Both the position numbers and the translations under genes were made by a program. 64,000 nucleotides of DNA from assembly GCA_963663405.2 (NCBI GenBank), contig CAXXSM010000057.1, positions 1 through 64,000 of the forward strand, read 5' to 3'. This DNA is from a bacterium (GTDB lineage Bacteria > Hinthialibacterota > Hinthialibacteria > Hinthialibacterales > Hinthialibacteraceae). The notes below the pieces were generated by a model. That model searched no databases and was not told the DNA's origin. It worked only from the letters and a program-made list of their open reading frames with translations. Shown here one piece after another: positions 22,415 to 34,494 of this stretch (the stretch's first letter is position 1; every line of letters begins with the position of its first letter).

Positions 22415-24466
22415 TTATTTGTAGCATTCCCAACAGATTTTCTTGATACAGAGATTCGATCCTTCGATTTCGATCCAGCGGATGCCTTGTTCGCTTCGTA
22501 GGGTAACTGTTTCCGTAATTACTTTTGTGCTTTCTTGAGATTGGGCCGTGCTGACGATCCTAGCGTCATCGCCTTTCGCATAGAATGTCACACCTGTTTG
22601 ATGCGTGAGTTCAACTTGTACTTCCTTTGGAGCGATCCCGTCACAAGCGCTCGCTGGAAAGCGGATTGCAGCGAATTCTCCGTCCGCTTCGGAATAAGGG
22701 ATTAAGACGTCTAATTGACCGTCTCCGTCGCAATCCTCCACACTCAGTTTTATTGGTGAACCATCGTGTGCGCGGGCGTGTTCGATTTTCACGGATCTCC
22801 AGTCTACATAGAGCAGGTCGTTTACCGCTGCGTCGTAAAGATCGCTTGCTTGTACGCAGATGGGAATTCCTGGAGTTTGTTTGGAAATGATTTGAACGGA
22901 ATCTGTTTTCAGGTCCATCCAGTTTTTGGGCCGGATGATTTGTGATTCACCGGAGTTGATCTGCAAACCGGTCAGATCGACTGTTTTATCATCCGTTTTA
23001 TAACGGCTGTTGATTTGCAGATCGTACGCCAAACTCGCGCGATCGCTTTTCATCTCAAGCGCCGTTTGGTTCTTGATCACGCTGAATTGAACGGGGGTGT
23101 CCTTGGGAGTTGAGAGATTCGACAGTTTGAAGGTTCGGAACTGACTTTTTGGATGGATGATTTGAGTGAATTGAACGTTGAACCGGTCCGCGTCCAGATT
23201 ATTCTGCAATGTCAGAAGCGGAGCGGTCGATCCAGGATGTTCAAGGTGGATTTGGTCTACACCCCTGCCGCCTTCGGCTTGTACGCGCAGAAATCCCCGC
23301 CGTCCGGCGGTGATCATCTCATACCCGCTGGCGCTGGAACGGACTTGAATATCCAACACGCCTCCGGGATTGCCAAAGAGAAAATAGACTTCGAAGTCAT
23401 AGGGCTCGCCCCCATTCGCCGGAAACCAGGGAACCATATTGAGCATACCCGTGGCAGGATCGTTGTCGATTTCCTTGGTTCCAGGTTTGAACAGGCGTTT
23501 TCCTTTGGCGTTGGTAATCTGCTCAAGAGTGGCGCCTGAGAAGAAGAATTCGTGCGCGTAGTATAGAACGCCCAAACCCAACGAGGCTGCTGATCGGGAT
23601 GTTGGACCGGCCATGGAGATTGGAATGATCGTGATGCCTCCACCGCTCGAAGGGCTTCCCGACCACATTCCGGATGGCATTTCATATTCCCAACTGTGAT
23701 CGGACTTGATCCGGATGTAATTGAGTCCGTCTTCATAAAAGTATTTTGTGTCTGGATCGTACCAACTGCGGTTGGAGTCGTAGAGGTACAAGCGTTTGTC
23801 ATCCGCGCCGTAATCCATGGTTTTGTAGACAGTCATCGCATGCGCGCCGTCCGTGGGGCTGGCTGATCTTGAAAGGCTGACGATGACGGGATCGTTTCGC
23901 ATCATATAACCCTGCGCTTGATCGAACGCGTACAATCCATCACGGTGTTTCCCGATTGCGATTAATTCCAAATAGAATTTGAGTGAAGCCAGGTTGAGCT
24001 GATGGCCGTGCATCATATTGATCGCCCGTTTCAGGCGTGGGTCTGTCGGCCCCGCATTGACTCCTCCCGGGCCTTTTCCATTGATGTCGCCGGAATAGGC
24101 TGGGATAGGTTGGCAAAAACCGAGGTAGCCGCCTTTTTGCTCGATCAACAAACCGAGAAGAGACATCCCATAACAGTCGCCATGGTTGCCTATACCGGGT
24201 TTATAGACTTCATCATAAAAGAGCGTTTCAATCGCTGAGGCCGCAGAGTCATGCGTTGGAGGAATTCCGATAAACGTATTTTTATAAATTTCCCAACTCA
24301 AACCGGGTGTGGGGAAATTGAGGAAATACCACCCATACTCCGCCGCGTAGTGCTGCGCCGATGAAACGGGAATCGTGAGAAGGTAGACGATTGAAAAGAT
24401 GATGAGTGTATATATATTCCGTCGTAATTTCATAGCGCGCCTCATGTTTCCACTTTGTTTTTTCAT
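22415..24466 (-). CDS. Secreted protein with papain-like/C58-like Cys-His-Asp domain and Cys-containing C-terminal domain
   Basis: Signal peptide ending VSSA; GDCYGMS (C98), GAHAM (H209), LYLYDSN (D230); DCDGDGQLD calcium-loop-like motif. Confidence 0.72.
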   Translation of the reverse strand: MKKQSGNMRRAMKLRRNIYTLIIFSIVYLLTIPVSSAQHYAAEYGWYFLNFPTPGLSWEIYKNTFIGIPPTHDSAASAIETLFYDEVYKPGIGNHGDCYGMSLLGLLIEQKGGYLGFCQPIPAYSGDINGKGPGGVNAGPTDPRLKRAINMMHGHQLNLASLKFYLELIAIGKHRDGLYAFDQAQGYMMRNDPVIVSLSRSASPTDGAHAMTVYKTMDYGADDKRLYLYDSNRSWYDPDTKYFYEDGLNYIRIKSDHSWEYEMPSGMWSGSPSSGGGITIIPISMAGPTSRSAASLGLGVLYYAHEFFFSGATLEQITNAKGKRLFKPGTKEIDNDPATGMLNMVPWFPANGGEPYDFEVYFLFGNPGGVLDIQVRSSASGYEMITAGRRGFLRVQAEGGRGVDQIHLEHPGSTAPLLTLQNNLDADRFNVQFTQIIHPKSQFRTFKLSNLSTPKDTPVQFSVIKNQTALEMKSDRASLAYDLQINSRYKTDDKTVDLTGLQINSGESQIIRPKNWMDLKTDSVQIISKQTPGIPICVQASDLYDAAVNDLLYVDWRSVKIEHARAHDGSPIKLSVEDCDGDGQLDVLIPYSEADGEFAAIRFPASACDGIAPKEVQVELTHQTGVTFYAKGDDARIVSTAQSQESTKVITETVTLRSEQGIRWIEIEGSNLCIKKICWECYK

Positions 24467-24495
24467 TGAACGAATTCCAACAATTTCCTTACTCT

Positions 24496-26909
24496 TTATG
24501 AGGGAGGCAGAACGATTCCTCTCTTCGCGGGAGAGAGTTCGGAGACTTCACCTTCCGCGTTGATCAGCAGGACACGATACCAATACGAAACGCCCTGCGC
24601 GATGTTTCTATCGATGTATTCATTGCCGGTGACGAGATCGCTGATTTGTAAATACTGGCCGAATTGGTGTAGGCTTCGATAGACCGCGAAGCCTTGCTGT
24701 TTGCTGCTATTGAAAGTGGGGGTCCATGTGATTGTTAAGCCGCAGCCGGCTTCGTCTTCCGCAACAGCAATCACTGGCAGTTGGATAGGCTTTACGCTGA
24801 ACGTGAACGTGCTGACTGGAACCGCCGCTTCATATAGACTTTCATTTCCAACTTGATCGATTCCGAGAACTTTATACCAATAGACTTGCTTTGGTTTCGC
24901 GCTTTGATCGAGAAACGAACCAAGGCTCATATCTTCATTCAGATCGATCGGAATGGTTTCGCAGCTGGGCTCATCCGGCGGCGTAAAGGGTTCCGTCAAG
25001 GGAGCAGGCGCTCCAAGAGCGACGCTCCCTCCAACCCAGGTATAGGGGCCATTTTCCGCTTCACTCCGGTAGACATGATAGGCGGCGATATCCTGGATGG
25101 GCGAGCCAACCCATTCCACCAATATCTTTCCATTCTGGGCGGATAAGCCTGTGATCACCGCTGGTTCCGGGGGAGTGCTGTCCCGCAGGCGCTGGCAGAC
25201 GACTATTTCCCCATCGAGATTAGGAGGCAGAAAGCCACTTTGATTTTGCGCGTAATCCACCGCCTTGACTAGATAGGCGTAACAGAGAGGTGATTCGGAG
25301 GGAACCGTTCGATCCTCATAAAACGGCGCGCCGAATTCCGCCGCGAGGCCGATCGCTTCTTCTTGTGTTATCGAACCGAGATATTTAAACACATCTGGAC
25401 ATAAATCCCATGTTTGTTTTTGCATTTCTGCTTTATCACACACCCACGAGCCCAGATCGCACAGGCTGCGGTAGACACGATACTCAGAGATGTCGGTTTC
25501 TGGATTTAACTGCCATTGGACTTTGATAAACTCATTAAATCCGTTCGCGCTCACATTCACGGGGGGAGAAGGAGGTGTGATATCATCGAGCTTGGCCGAA
25601 ACGGCGGCCGAGTGTGCGCTGACGTTGGAATTGGAGTCCACGCATTTCGCGCGGTAATAGAATAAAGTCTCCCCATAGTGAGGCCGTAGTAAAGGATCTG
25701 TGTCAATGAATGTGGCGTACAGAATCCCGGCGCTGGGTTGGGGGATGTAATTTTGTCCGCTTACAAGAACAGGAGCAGCGCTGAGGTTTTCTTCGTACCG
25801 GTAGAGTTGGTAGCCAAGGATCGATGGTTCTAAATTGCCGTCCGTATCGTAAATGACTGTGGCGATTCGAATTTCCATTTGGCCGTCAACGTTATTGGGA
25901 GTAACGGACATTTCAGCGGGCGCCATGGGCGGTGTTTGGTCGATGGGAGTGGCTGAAACTGGAGAGTCAATGAGCGCGCTTTCCTGGCCCAGCAGATCGA
26001 CGCTGGCCACTTTGTAATAATAGTGCGTTCCATTGGCCGACCAGGGATATCGGCGCCGTCGACTTCATGTGTGTCCGGCTCTCCCTCGGGTGTCCAACGT
26101 TGAAAATCGACGAATCCCAGGGAAGATTCGGGGAGAGGATCTCCGTTCAAGTCATGAGTGATCTGGGTGGTGAAACTGGCGTCGTTGATGCGCTGATACG
26201 CTCCACTGGGCGAGAGAGACCGGTACAAATTGTACCCGGCGGCTTTCATGACAGGATCCCATAAGAGAAGAACCTGATTGTCTCCCGTAGTGGCGTCAAA
26301 ACCGCGGGGCGGTTTTAAATCAGGGGGTGAGCCGGCGGTGATCCCCACATCGGTCATGACGATCGTTTCTTCTCCTTGGCTGTTTATCGCGCCAAGTTGA
26401 TAAAAGTAACTGGTATTGTTTTCGACATCCCGGTCGTCGTATCCTTGCCCGACCAATACAGCAATTTTCCAATTCCCACGAGCGAGCAGCTGCAGGCGTT
26501 CGAATTGAGTCGAATCCCGTGGGATACCGCTGACGTTGCATGGATCGAATTCTTCTGCTTCGCTCCCTAAAAGGACTGACAATGTTTCCCATTCCGGGCT
26601 GCCTGGATTGATTAATTCTTGAATTTCGCTGCAGTCCGTCATCACGGAGATAGGGGATCTTCCATTGATCGGATCGGCTGGATACGGTCTGGACGGATTC
26701 GTCTTTCGATAGAGATTGAATTGACTGATCTCATCGGCGCTTTTGATGGCGGGCCATGTGAGCACAACATGCACTTCTTGTCCCTTCAAGACGCGATTGG
26801 TGTTTATACTTACATCAACATCTCCTTGCGCCGGCGCTGGAACGCAGGAAAGCCCGAGGAGAAAGAGAAGCAGAAGATGTATAGAAATAGGTGATTGATG
26901 GGTTCGCAT
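24496..26909 (-). CDS. Secreted fibronectin type III repeat protein (~800 aa); frameshift near 26035
   Basis: Signal peptide; repeated W...Y.VYRS, Y.Y.V.AVD..N.S and D.TPP.PP units. One missing base joins GADIPG to PANGTHYYYKVASVD. Confidence 0.85.
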
Positions 26910-26948
26910 TGGTAATCACTCCCGTGATCCAGTGGCTTTCGCCCCGGA

Positions 26949-29900
26949 TTATCGAACATAAAATCCTTCCGAAGAATTCAAACCGCAGACCAGATCCACA
27001 CTGCCGCAGATGAACCATAACACACAGCCTTCCAATCCTACGTTCCCTTGGAAACTGAATGGCAGTGGCGCGATGATTTGCAGATCCGCCCACGCTCCCG
27101 CCGAGACCAATCCACCAAGGATTTCACCCCAGATGTGCAAACCGAGGTTGCCGATTACATAAGGCAGGCCCGGCAGGCCGGATTCGAGTGAGGCGGTTGA
27201 ACCTGTATTGATAAAAGCGCCGAGTCCAGCGTACATTTCTATACCGCCGGAGATTATATAGAGGTTGATGCTGTCTTTGATTTTCGCATACCCATAAAAT
27301 CCGGTCAGCCGATCCGGCAGTGGTCTCATTTCCAGCGCGAAACGGCTGTCCATATCATGAAGAACCCAGGCGTTGGTTTTCGGGGCGTTCATACCGATAT
27401 AAAAACCGCCTTCGGCTTTCCCTTCAGCGACGATTGTGAGCACCGCGACGATAAGGCGGCCTTGGATGGATTGGTAGGCATCACCACCCAAATCGCCGCC
27501 GATATGCCATTCCAATCGTCCTTCGGCGCTCACTCCGGCGATATTGATGTAGCCATCCAGATCCCCCTCAATATATAGTTGATCCCGATTCACGGCGAAG
27601 TGGGCCTGCCCAGTCAACTCAATATCCGTCAGAGCCACCGGCGTTATGTATAGGTCGCCACGGAACCAGTATTCGGACACCGAGGGTGTGATTTCGAGTT
27701 CCAGCATGCTGTATCCAGCCGATCGCAGAGCGATATTCACGTCCGCCGAGTTTTCGAGTTCCGCGCTGAGGTGGATTCGTTTTCATTTGGCCGTTCTCAA
27801 TGCACGCGCATCCATTGATCCGGTTCATACTGCTGAAGCGGGCGACGGGCCCCAAGGCGAAATCACGGCGTTCATCACCGGTCCCTGTGTAGAAACTTAA
27901 GCATATACGTGTGGGATCGAGGACCATCGAAGCCGGGAGTCCACTGTCGATGAAATTGAGCGTGGCGTCCCCATAGCCAAGGAAAGCGTCTTGATCTCCA
28001 CTATCATATTGGATCTCGAAATCCAGCATCCCAAAACTATTTCCCCAATTGCGTGTAAGAATCGTCTCGTTCTCTTTTGTTCCAAAATAGGTGTCCGTCG
28101 CGAGTTCGATGCGGCGGCCTTCGTAGGGAGCGTTGGGTTGTTCGAAATCGTGGTAGTCATAAATGTTGAGATATTTGGAACCGAAGAAATCGAAATGGAT
28201 GGTTCCAGCGACTTCTAGATAAGCCTTTGTCGCGCTGTTGATCGGATCGTAGGGTGAAAGACCCAGTGTATCCGTAACAAAGGAGAAATTGTCAAATCTT
28301 TGGCCGGCTGAATTGTAATTGAATTTCAACGATCCTAATAGGCCGCTCGATTGAATAACGCCCCAGGTTAAAAAAAAGGGACGCCGGAAGTGGCGTTCTT
28401 CGGAAAATCCAGCGGCGGTTAAGAAGATCTGACCGGTTTTTACACTCATCACTCCGGCGGACGATGTATTAGGAAGTTGCTGCATCATTAGGCCCCAATA
28501 CTCCATCTCAACTGGATTGGAGAGATCGATTGTCGCGCCGGGAATCTCCGCTGTGGAGGTAAATTGCATTTCCCCAAATGGAACAATATTATTGATCGGA
28601 CCTTCCAGAATTACGCCGCCTTCCATTACATTTTGGTAGATTGCGCTGTCGATGAATTGAAAGACCGCAAACGGATTGGCAGTGTCGAATGTCTGATGTG
28701 TTGGAATCTGTATTATTGGATCTACAGTGAGAGCGATCGAGAACGGTTCTTTGTTCCCATTCAGGTTTTCTCCCACATAAGTTTCTTCATGAGTCGGCCC
28801 CAGTTCCAAAGGCGAAGTATAATTTATGGCTTTTAAACGCCCGTTCACACCTCTCCCCCCGACATTAAGCCATGAAGAGGGAGCGATCGTAAATTCAACA
28901 GGTGTTTGATTGGGTGTATCTGGTGTGAGAATGGAAAGCGTGTCAAAACCAAAGACTGTTACACCACAAAGCTGATTTGCAATGAACCATTGAACAAGCG
29001 TATTTTCATCCAAAGTAGAAAAATCTGGATCGTTAAATATTCCTTCTTGTAAAAAGGAGTAAGAGGGGTAGCGAGAGCTGGAAAGATAGAAAATAGATGT
29101 GTTATGATTCATGGCTTTGTAGGCGGGCCGGTTCGGTGTGGACTGGCTCAATTCTCCCCAAACAAAATCATGGGGGATGGTTAGTTGTTCGGCGTATAAG
29201 TCTTTATTGATTAATACATACAATGTGTCGTAACCAGCTTGAACGCTTTCCGACGCGGAACCGACGACGGCTTTTCTGGGAAGAGTTATCGTTCCATTGG
29301 TAAATGAACCACTGAGAATTTGCCCCGCTGCCATATAGAGGTCGCCGGTATTCAAGTAAATCGTATAACCTAAAGGATTGATCGTCTGGAATGAAAACGG
29401 ACCGTTCAAAGCCAAGTTCGCATTCAGTCCAGCGGATGTGACAATACCGTCGTCAAATGTATAGGGCGCCTTCATATACCCCGTATTCGTGAGTGTCGTA
29501 TTCGGATTGCCGGGAACTGTGGAGCCATCACGTAAGATCGCGCCCCGCCAGCTGTCTTCAAAATACTCCATGTCCTGCCAATTTATTGTCGTTGAGAAAT
29601 CCGCGATCACACCGCTTCCTTGAATCACCATTCCCTGGTTATCGACAGTCCAGGGACCGAAGGAAGCGCTGTTCAGTTCTTTGTAATATTCTCCTGCCGA
29701 ATTAATATCGATTGTCCCCAAGGAAACATGACCAGGGCGGCAGTCAGAGCCACTGAGAAGAGACGAAGGAAACTCCAATTCCGCTTCGGCGGTGGCCGAA
29801 AACGGTGTGATATGAACGTAATCGAGACAGGTTACGAAACCGGCTTGATTGAGACGGACACGGTCAGGCGTATGGTCTAGAGCTGGATAGACCGCTGATC

Positions 29901-32058
29901 CCTTTTTGACGCTTCCATTTATACTGACTCCCATTAAGGATTTAAACGGTTTGATTGTCAGATTCTGAAACTGGACTTTAAAACGGTTTTCTTTTTGAAC
30001 CAGCCGGTAGAGAGAATCCTCTTCCAGCGACAGAACACTCATTAAGTGATCGGGATCAAGCGGAGTTGATAAGTCATAATTGGGGGGAAGAAATAAAACA
30101 AGAGTGTCTCCAACCGCCGCGTCCGGTGTGAATCGAATCGCTTCTTGCAGTTTGATTTCCTCGGATGGATTTTGTACGGTTTGGGCGACCTGGAAGGTGT
30201 GGGCGATCAGTTCCACGCCATACAGTATATCGGCGAATGCGATCGTATCTTCCTTTTTGAACGATGTCCAGGCGGAACCGGCCGCATTTGTAATCGTGTC
30301 TGTTTCTTCGTTATAATTGAAGTAGTAATAGGAAATGTCAGCAAGAATAAATCCCCCCATCGACAACGTATCCGGTGGATCTATCGCGGGGATGAATACC
30401 GGCGTCTTTCTTTCAACGGCTGTAAGAAAAATCGCGCCGCTTGTGGGTCTATCTTTCGAAGCGAAAGCCGTCAAGCCACTATTCGAACCAAGCCAGTTGC
30501 TGATTTTGGTAATGCTATTCCCATCATATTCCATTTTGAGAAAACGATATTTGGATTCCGGTGAGGAATGAACCGGGATGATACCTTCTGTTTGCATGTC
30601 GAGGAACGAGCCGGTTCCAATGATTAACTCATCTCCATTCAATCGATTTCCATCGAATTCACCGGCGGTAATCGACATCGCGCCGGATGGATTCATGAGT
30701 TCAGAGAGGGCGTTGGTCACACTCTTGCCTCCAGGCCGCTCGAATCCCACGATCTCTTTGTCTTGCACGATCGGGGCGATCACACTCAACAGGTTTAATG
30801 GAACCGTATCGCGGGCGTCTCCGAAATTCTTGGAATTGCCTTGACTGGCCGCGATAATTTCTTTCCAGCCGTCACCGTTCAGATCCGCCGCGGCGAGTTC
30901 GATGCCGCCATTGCCACGATATTTCTGTGTAAATCCTGCGAATGGATGTCTGGCTTCAATTTGTCCGTCACTGTTAATATCTAAAACATGAAAGATCGTT
31001 TGCGAGGAGGGGCCATTGGATTGGCCAACGATCAGCTCATCTTTCCCATCCTGATCGAGATCCGCGGCGGCTAAGGTCAAACCGATCCCGCCAGTGGTTT
31101 TATTGAATAACGTTAATGGTTGATTGACGATTTTGGATGGTAAACCGCTGAATTGACCGACAACGTCCCAGCCTCGTGGCGCCGGCCGGCCGCTGTATTG
31201 AAAGAGCCGTATGATTCCTTGGCCTCCCACTCCCTGCGCCGCCGCGATTTGACGTGTTCCCGAACCGATGAAATCCCCTACCGCCGTCCGGATTTCTCCG
31301 ATGTCATAGTTGATTGGAGAATCACTGTTCGACGGGAACGCTTCAAAGGAATGGCCCAGCACATTACCCGTTTCCGAATCCCGGGCAACGACCAAATTAG
31401 GATACAGCGCCTCCTCGGTGATAGGGCCGAATGATACAACGACTTCGGAAACTCCATCGTTGTTAAGATCGCCGGAGGAGAGATACGTCGTTCGTCCGCT
31501 TCCGCCGCCAACATTCAATAGAAATTTCCCCGCCAGTCCTTGAAACGATCGAAGAATCGCAGTTTGTGGTTTTTCACTGGGATCGAAATTACGGATATTG
31601 ACCGCCGTATCGCCACCGAATCCTTGTGACACGGCGAGGGTATCGAAAATACTTTCATCCAAAGAATAGGGTGAAAGAGATGAAGGATTTTGGCCGGGTT
31701 TCGAATTGATTTTGCTATTGAGAATTATCGATGGAGTGGGAGTGATTGGATTTTGAACGCGATCCTCACTAGGGATTGAATCGGGCAAGTTGATTCGAAA
31801 ATACGTGTCCTCTGAATGAGTATCGGTCTTCTCACGATCAGAAGGAGGAATGAAAGGTAAACCGGGTGTAGGCGTTGGCGTTGCGGTGGGCGTGGATGTT
31901 GGAGCCGGAATTGACTTATTGTTCGCATTCGTTTCAACGGGACCTTCTTTTGGAAGAAACAGGGATGCAACAATGAAGACACTTAAACCTGTGCAGAATA
32001 AAACCATTCTTTTCGGAAGAAAGGAGATTGCCGGTGAGGAATCGCTCATTATTGCCAC
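26949..32058 (-). CDS. Giant (~1700 aa) secreted or membrane-anchored protein: PT linker, FG-GAP propeller, long beta-rich region; +1 frameshift near 27780
   Basis: N-terminal hydrophobic segment, PTSTPTATPTPTP, five GD(L/F)xxDGxxE-like repeats. An extra base in a 4-T run separates ORFs 27619-32058 and 26949-27740. Confidence 0.8.
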
Positions 32059-32228
32059 TCCACAGTTTTTATAAAGAGACAGAATCTAAGGTTGAATTGA
32101 ATGATCGCAATTGATTTAAGGAAATAAACAAGAATATATAATACACAGAAATTGTGTTAATAAATTTTACTATTTGTATATTTATAAATAATTGAATTTA
32201 ATTACTATTAATTATTTATTAATTTTTG

Positions 32229-32257
32229 ATTGTATCAGATGATCTTTTTAATGTCAA
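32229..32257 (-). promoter_or_regulatory. Near-consensus sigma70 promoter for the giant-protein operon
   Basis: Minus-strand TTGACA(32257-32252)-N17-TACAAT(32234-32229) with extended -10 TG and an AT-only UP-like tract upstream. Confidence 0.75.
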
Positions 32258-32420
32258 TAATATTTATTAAATAAAAGGAAAACGGGTGTTTCATCAAACT
32301 GAATTGGAAGATTGCGAAACATATTCGCCGAGGATTTTAATACTGGGGTAGAGGAATGTACTATCTCATTATCAGTAGCATTTACTTATATATTCTCTTA
32401 CCGGATGAGAATCATTTGAA

Positions 32421-34358
32421 TCATTTAAGGATCGTTTCTTTTACGGTGTTCATTAGACTTCCGCTGGCGATACATTTTTTTTGACGATTGGATAATGAAT
32501 GCCGCGCATCGATCACCTTATTATTGGTTTTGTTATGAATTTTTATAATCGTTCCTTGAGAAATATCTTGATGAATGTTTTCTACCGCAAGTATATGGTC
32601 CTTTTCGATCCATCGCCAATCATCGGGATTGACAAAAATCAACGGCAGGATGCCGAAATTGATAAGATTTTGAAAGTGGATGCGCGCGAAACTTTTTGCC
32701 AAGACAACGCGTAATCCCAAGTATCGAGGCGCCAAAGCGGCATGCTCCCGGCTGGAGCCTTGACCGTAATTTTCTCCTGCGACAATGAAAAAACCATTCA
32801 TTGCTTTTCCCGCTCTCTCTTTAAACATCGGATCAACGTCACGAAAAACAAATTGGCTAATCGCTTTGATGTTGCTTCGATAGGGGAGCGTTTTGGCCCC
32901 CGCTGGCATGATTTCATCAGTTGAAATGTCATTCTCAAGTTTCAAGAGAGCTGGACCTTCAAATTGATCCGGGATAGCTTCAAATACGGGCAATGTCCCA
33001 ATGTTCGGCCCTTTTTCCAAGTTGATGTTCTTCCTGTCTTGTAAGGGAGGGAGAAACATCGCGGTATTGATTATGATCTCTTTAGGCTCGCTGAATTTTG
33101 GATAGGGGAAATCCAGTGATCTTGGATCGGTGATACACCCTTTCAACGCGGACGCCGCAGCGGTTTCCGGACTGCAAAGATATACAGCGTCGCCCTTGGT
33201 TCCGGAGCGCCCTGGGAAATTTCTTGGCACAGTGCGTAAACTGATCCGGCCTGTGGCGGGAGCTTGGCCCATACCGATACAGCCATTGCAACCGGCTTGA
33301 TGAATTCTGGCGCCGGAATGTACCAATTTCGATAAAAAGCCCATGTGAATTAGATTTTCCAAAATCTGCCTAGACGCGGGATTGATATCGAACGAGACGC
33401 CATTCTGTACTTGTCTGTCATCCACCATCAATGCGGGTATCGCGAAATCCCTGAGACCCGGATTGGCGGATGAGCCAATGTACGCTTGATAGATCTCTTT
33501 ACCTTCCACTTCACGGACAGGGACAACATTTCCTGGACTACTGGGTAAGGCGATCAATGGTTCAAGAGTGGATAAATTGATTTCATCATGCTCATCATAC
33601 TCCGCATCGGCGCCGGCGGTCAATTCGGTCCATGCTTCAGCGCGGGTTTGGGTGGCAAGAAAACTCTGAGTTTGAGAATCAGCGGGAAAGACCGAAGTGG
33701 TAGCGCCCAATTCAGCGCCCATGTTCGCGATGACGTGCCGGTCCATTGCGGTAAGAGTATCCAATCCTGGTCCGTAATACTCAAAAATCTTCCCGACGCC
33801 TCCATCTACGCCATGTCTTCGCAGCATCTCAAGAATAACATCCTTGGCGCTTACCCAATCGGGTAATTTTCCAGATAGTTTGACACCGGTAATTTTAGGC
33901 ATGGTCATGTAAAACGGTTGCCCGGCCATCGCCATCGCCACTTCTAATCCTCCCGCGCCGATCGCCAACATCCCCATCGATCCGGCGGCGCAGGTATGAC
34001 TATCCGATCCGAGCAGACTCTTTCCTGGAGCGCCAAATCGCTCCATGTGGAGAGGATGACTGACTCCATTGCCGGGTTTGCTGAACCAAATTCCATATTT
34101 CTGACATGCGCTTCGCAAAAATAGATGATCGTCGGGATTTCGATTGTCTTCTTGTAAAAGATTGTGATCGACATATTGCGCGGATAGTTCTGTCCGAACG
34201 GAATCAATCCCTAAGGATTCAAATTCGAGCATCACCATGGTGCCCGTGGCGTCCTGCGTTAACGTCTGATCAATCTTGATGGCAATTTCAGTTCCCGGTT
34301 TTAATTCCCCTTCAAGTATATGATTTTGGATTAATTTTTGACTTACATTTAGAGCCAT
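32421..34358 (-). CDS. Aconitate hydratase (short ~645-aa type)
   Basis: QDATG, DHN, GSDSHT, GCNGCIG, RNFPGR, ISTDEI, NYGQGSSREHAA, SFARIH. Confidence 0.92.
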   Translation of the reverse strand: MALNVSQKLIQNHILEGELKPGTEIAIKIDQTLTQDATGTMVMLEFESLGIDSVRTELSAQYVDHNLLQEDNRNPDDHLFLRSACQKYGIWFSKPGNGVSHPLHMERFGAPGKSLLGSDSHTCAAGSMGMLAIGAGGLEVAMAMAGQPFYMTMPKITGVKLSGKLPDWVSAKDVILEMLRRHGVDGGVGKIFEYYGPGLDTLTAMDRHVIANMGAELGATTSVFPADSQTQSFLATQTRAEAWTELTAGADAEYDEHDEINLSTLEPLIALPSSPGNVVPVREVEGKEIYQAYIGSSANPGLRDFAIPALMVDDRQVQNGVSFDINPASRQILENLIHMGFLSKLVHSGARIHQAGCNGCIGMGQAPATGRISLRTVPRNFPGRSGTKGDAVYLCSPETAAASALKGCITDPRSLDFPYPKFSEPKEIIINTAMFLPPLQDRKNINLEKGPNIGTLPVFEAIPDQFEGPALLKLENDISTDEIMPAGAKTLPYRSNIKAISQFVFRDVDPMFKERAGKAMNGFFIVAGENYGQGSSREHAALAPRYLGLRVVLAKSFARIHFQNLINFGILPLIFVNPDDWRWIEKDHILAVENIHQDISQGTIIKIHNKTNNKVIDARHSLSNRQKKCIASGSLMNTVKETILK

Positions 34359-34494
34359 AGTGGGTCTCCTTTTTTACTGATTCATAAAGCATGTGGGATT
34401 CTATTATTGATGCAGGATAGAAGATGGTTCAGCAAGACGAAACTTACATATATCGATTCGTAAACATGTTGAGTTTTACCGCTTTGCCTTTCCG

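Noticed and set aside
22415-22445. C-terminus KKICWECYK as a sixth W-motif protein
   Set aside because: It has WxxY but lacks V/I three residues before the W and the small-residue linker; the cysteines suggest a structural strand.
31860-31910. Short repeats in the giant gene, and CAA/CAG-rich repeats near 50930-51030
   Set aside because: Explained by a Pro/Thr linker and a Gln-rich protein tail; they are not CRISPR or tandem DNA elements.
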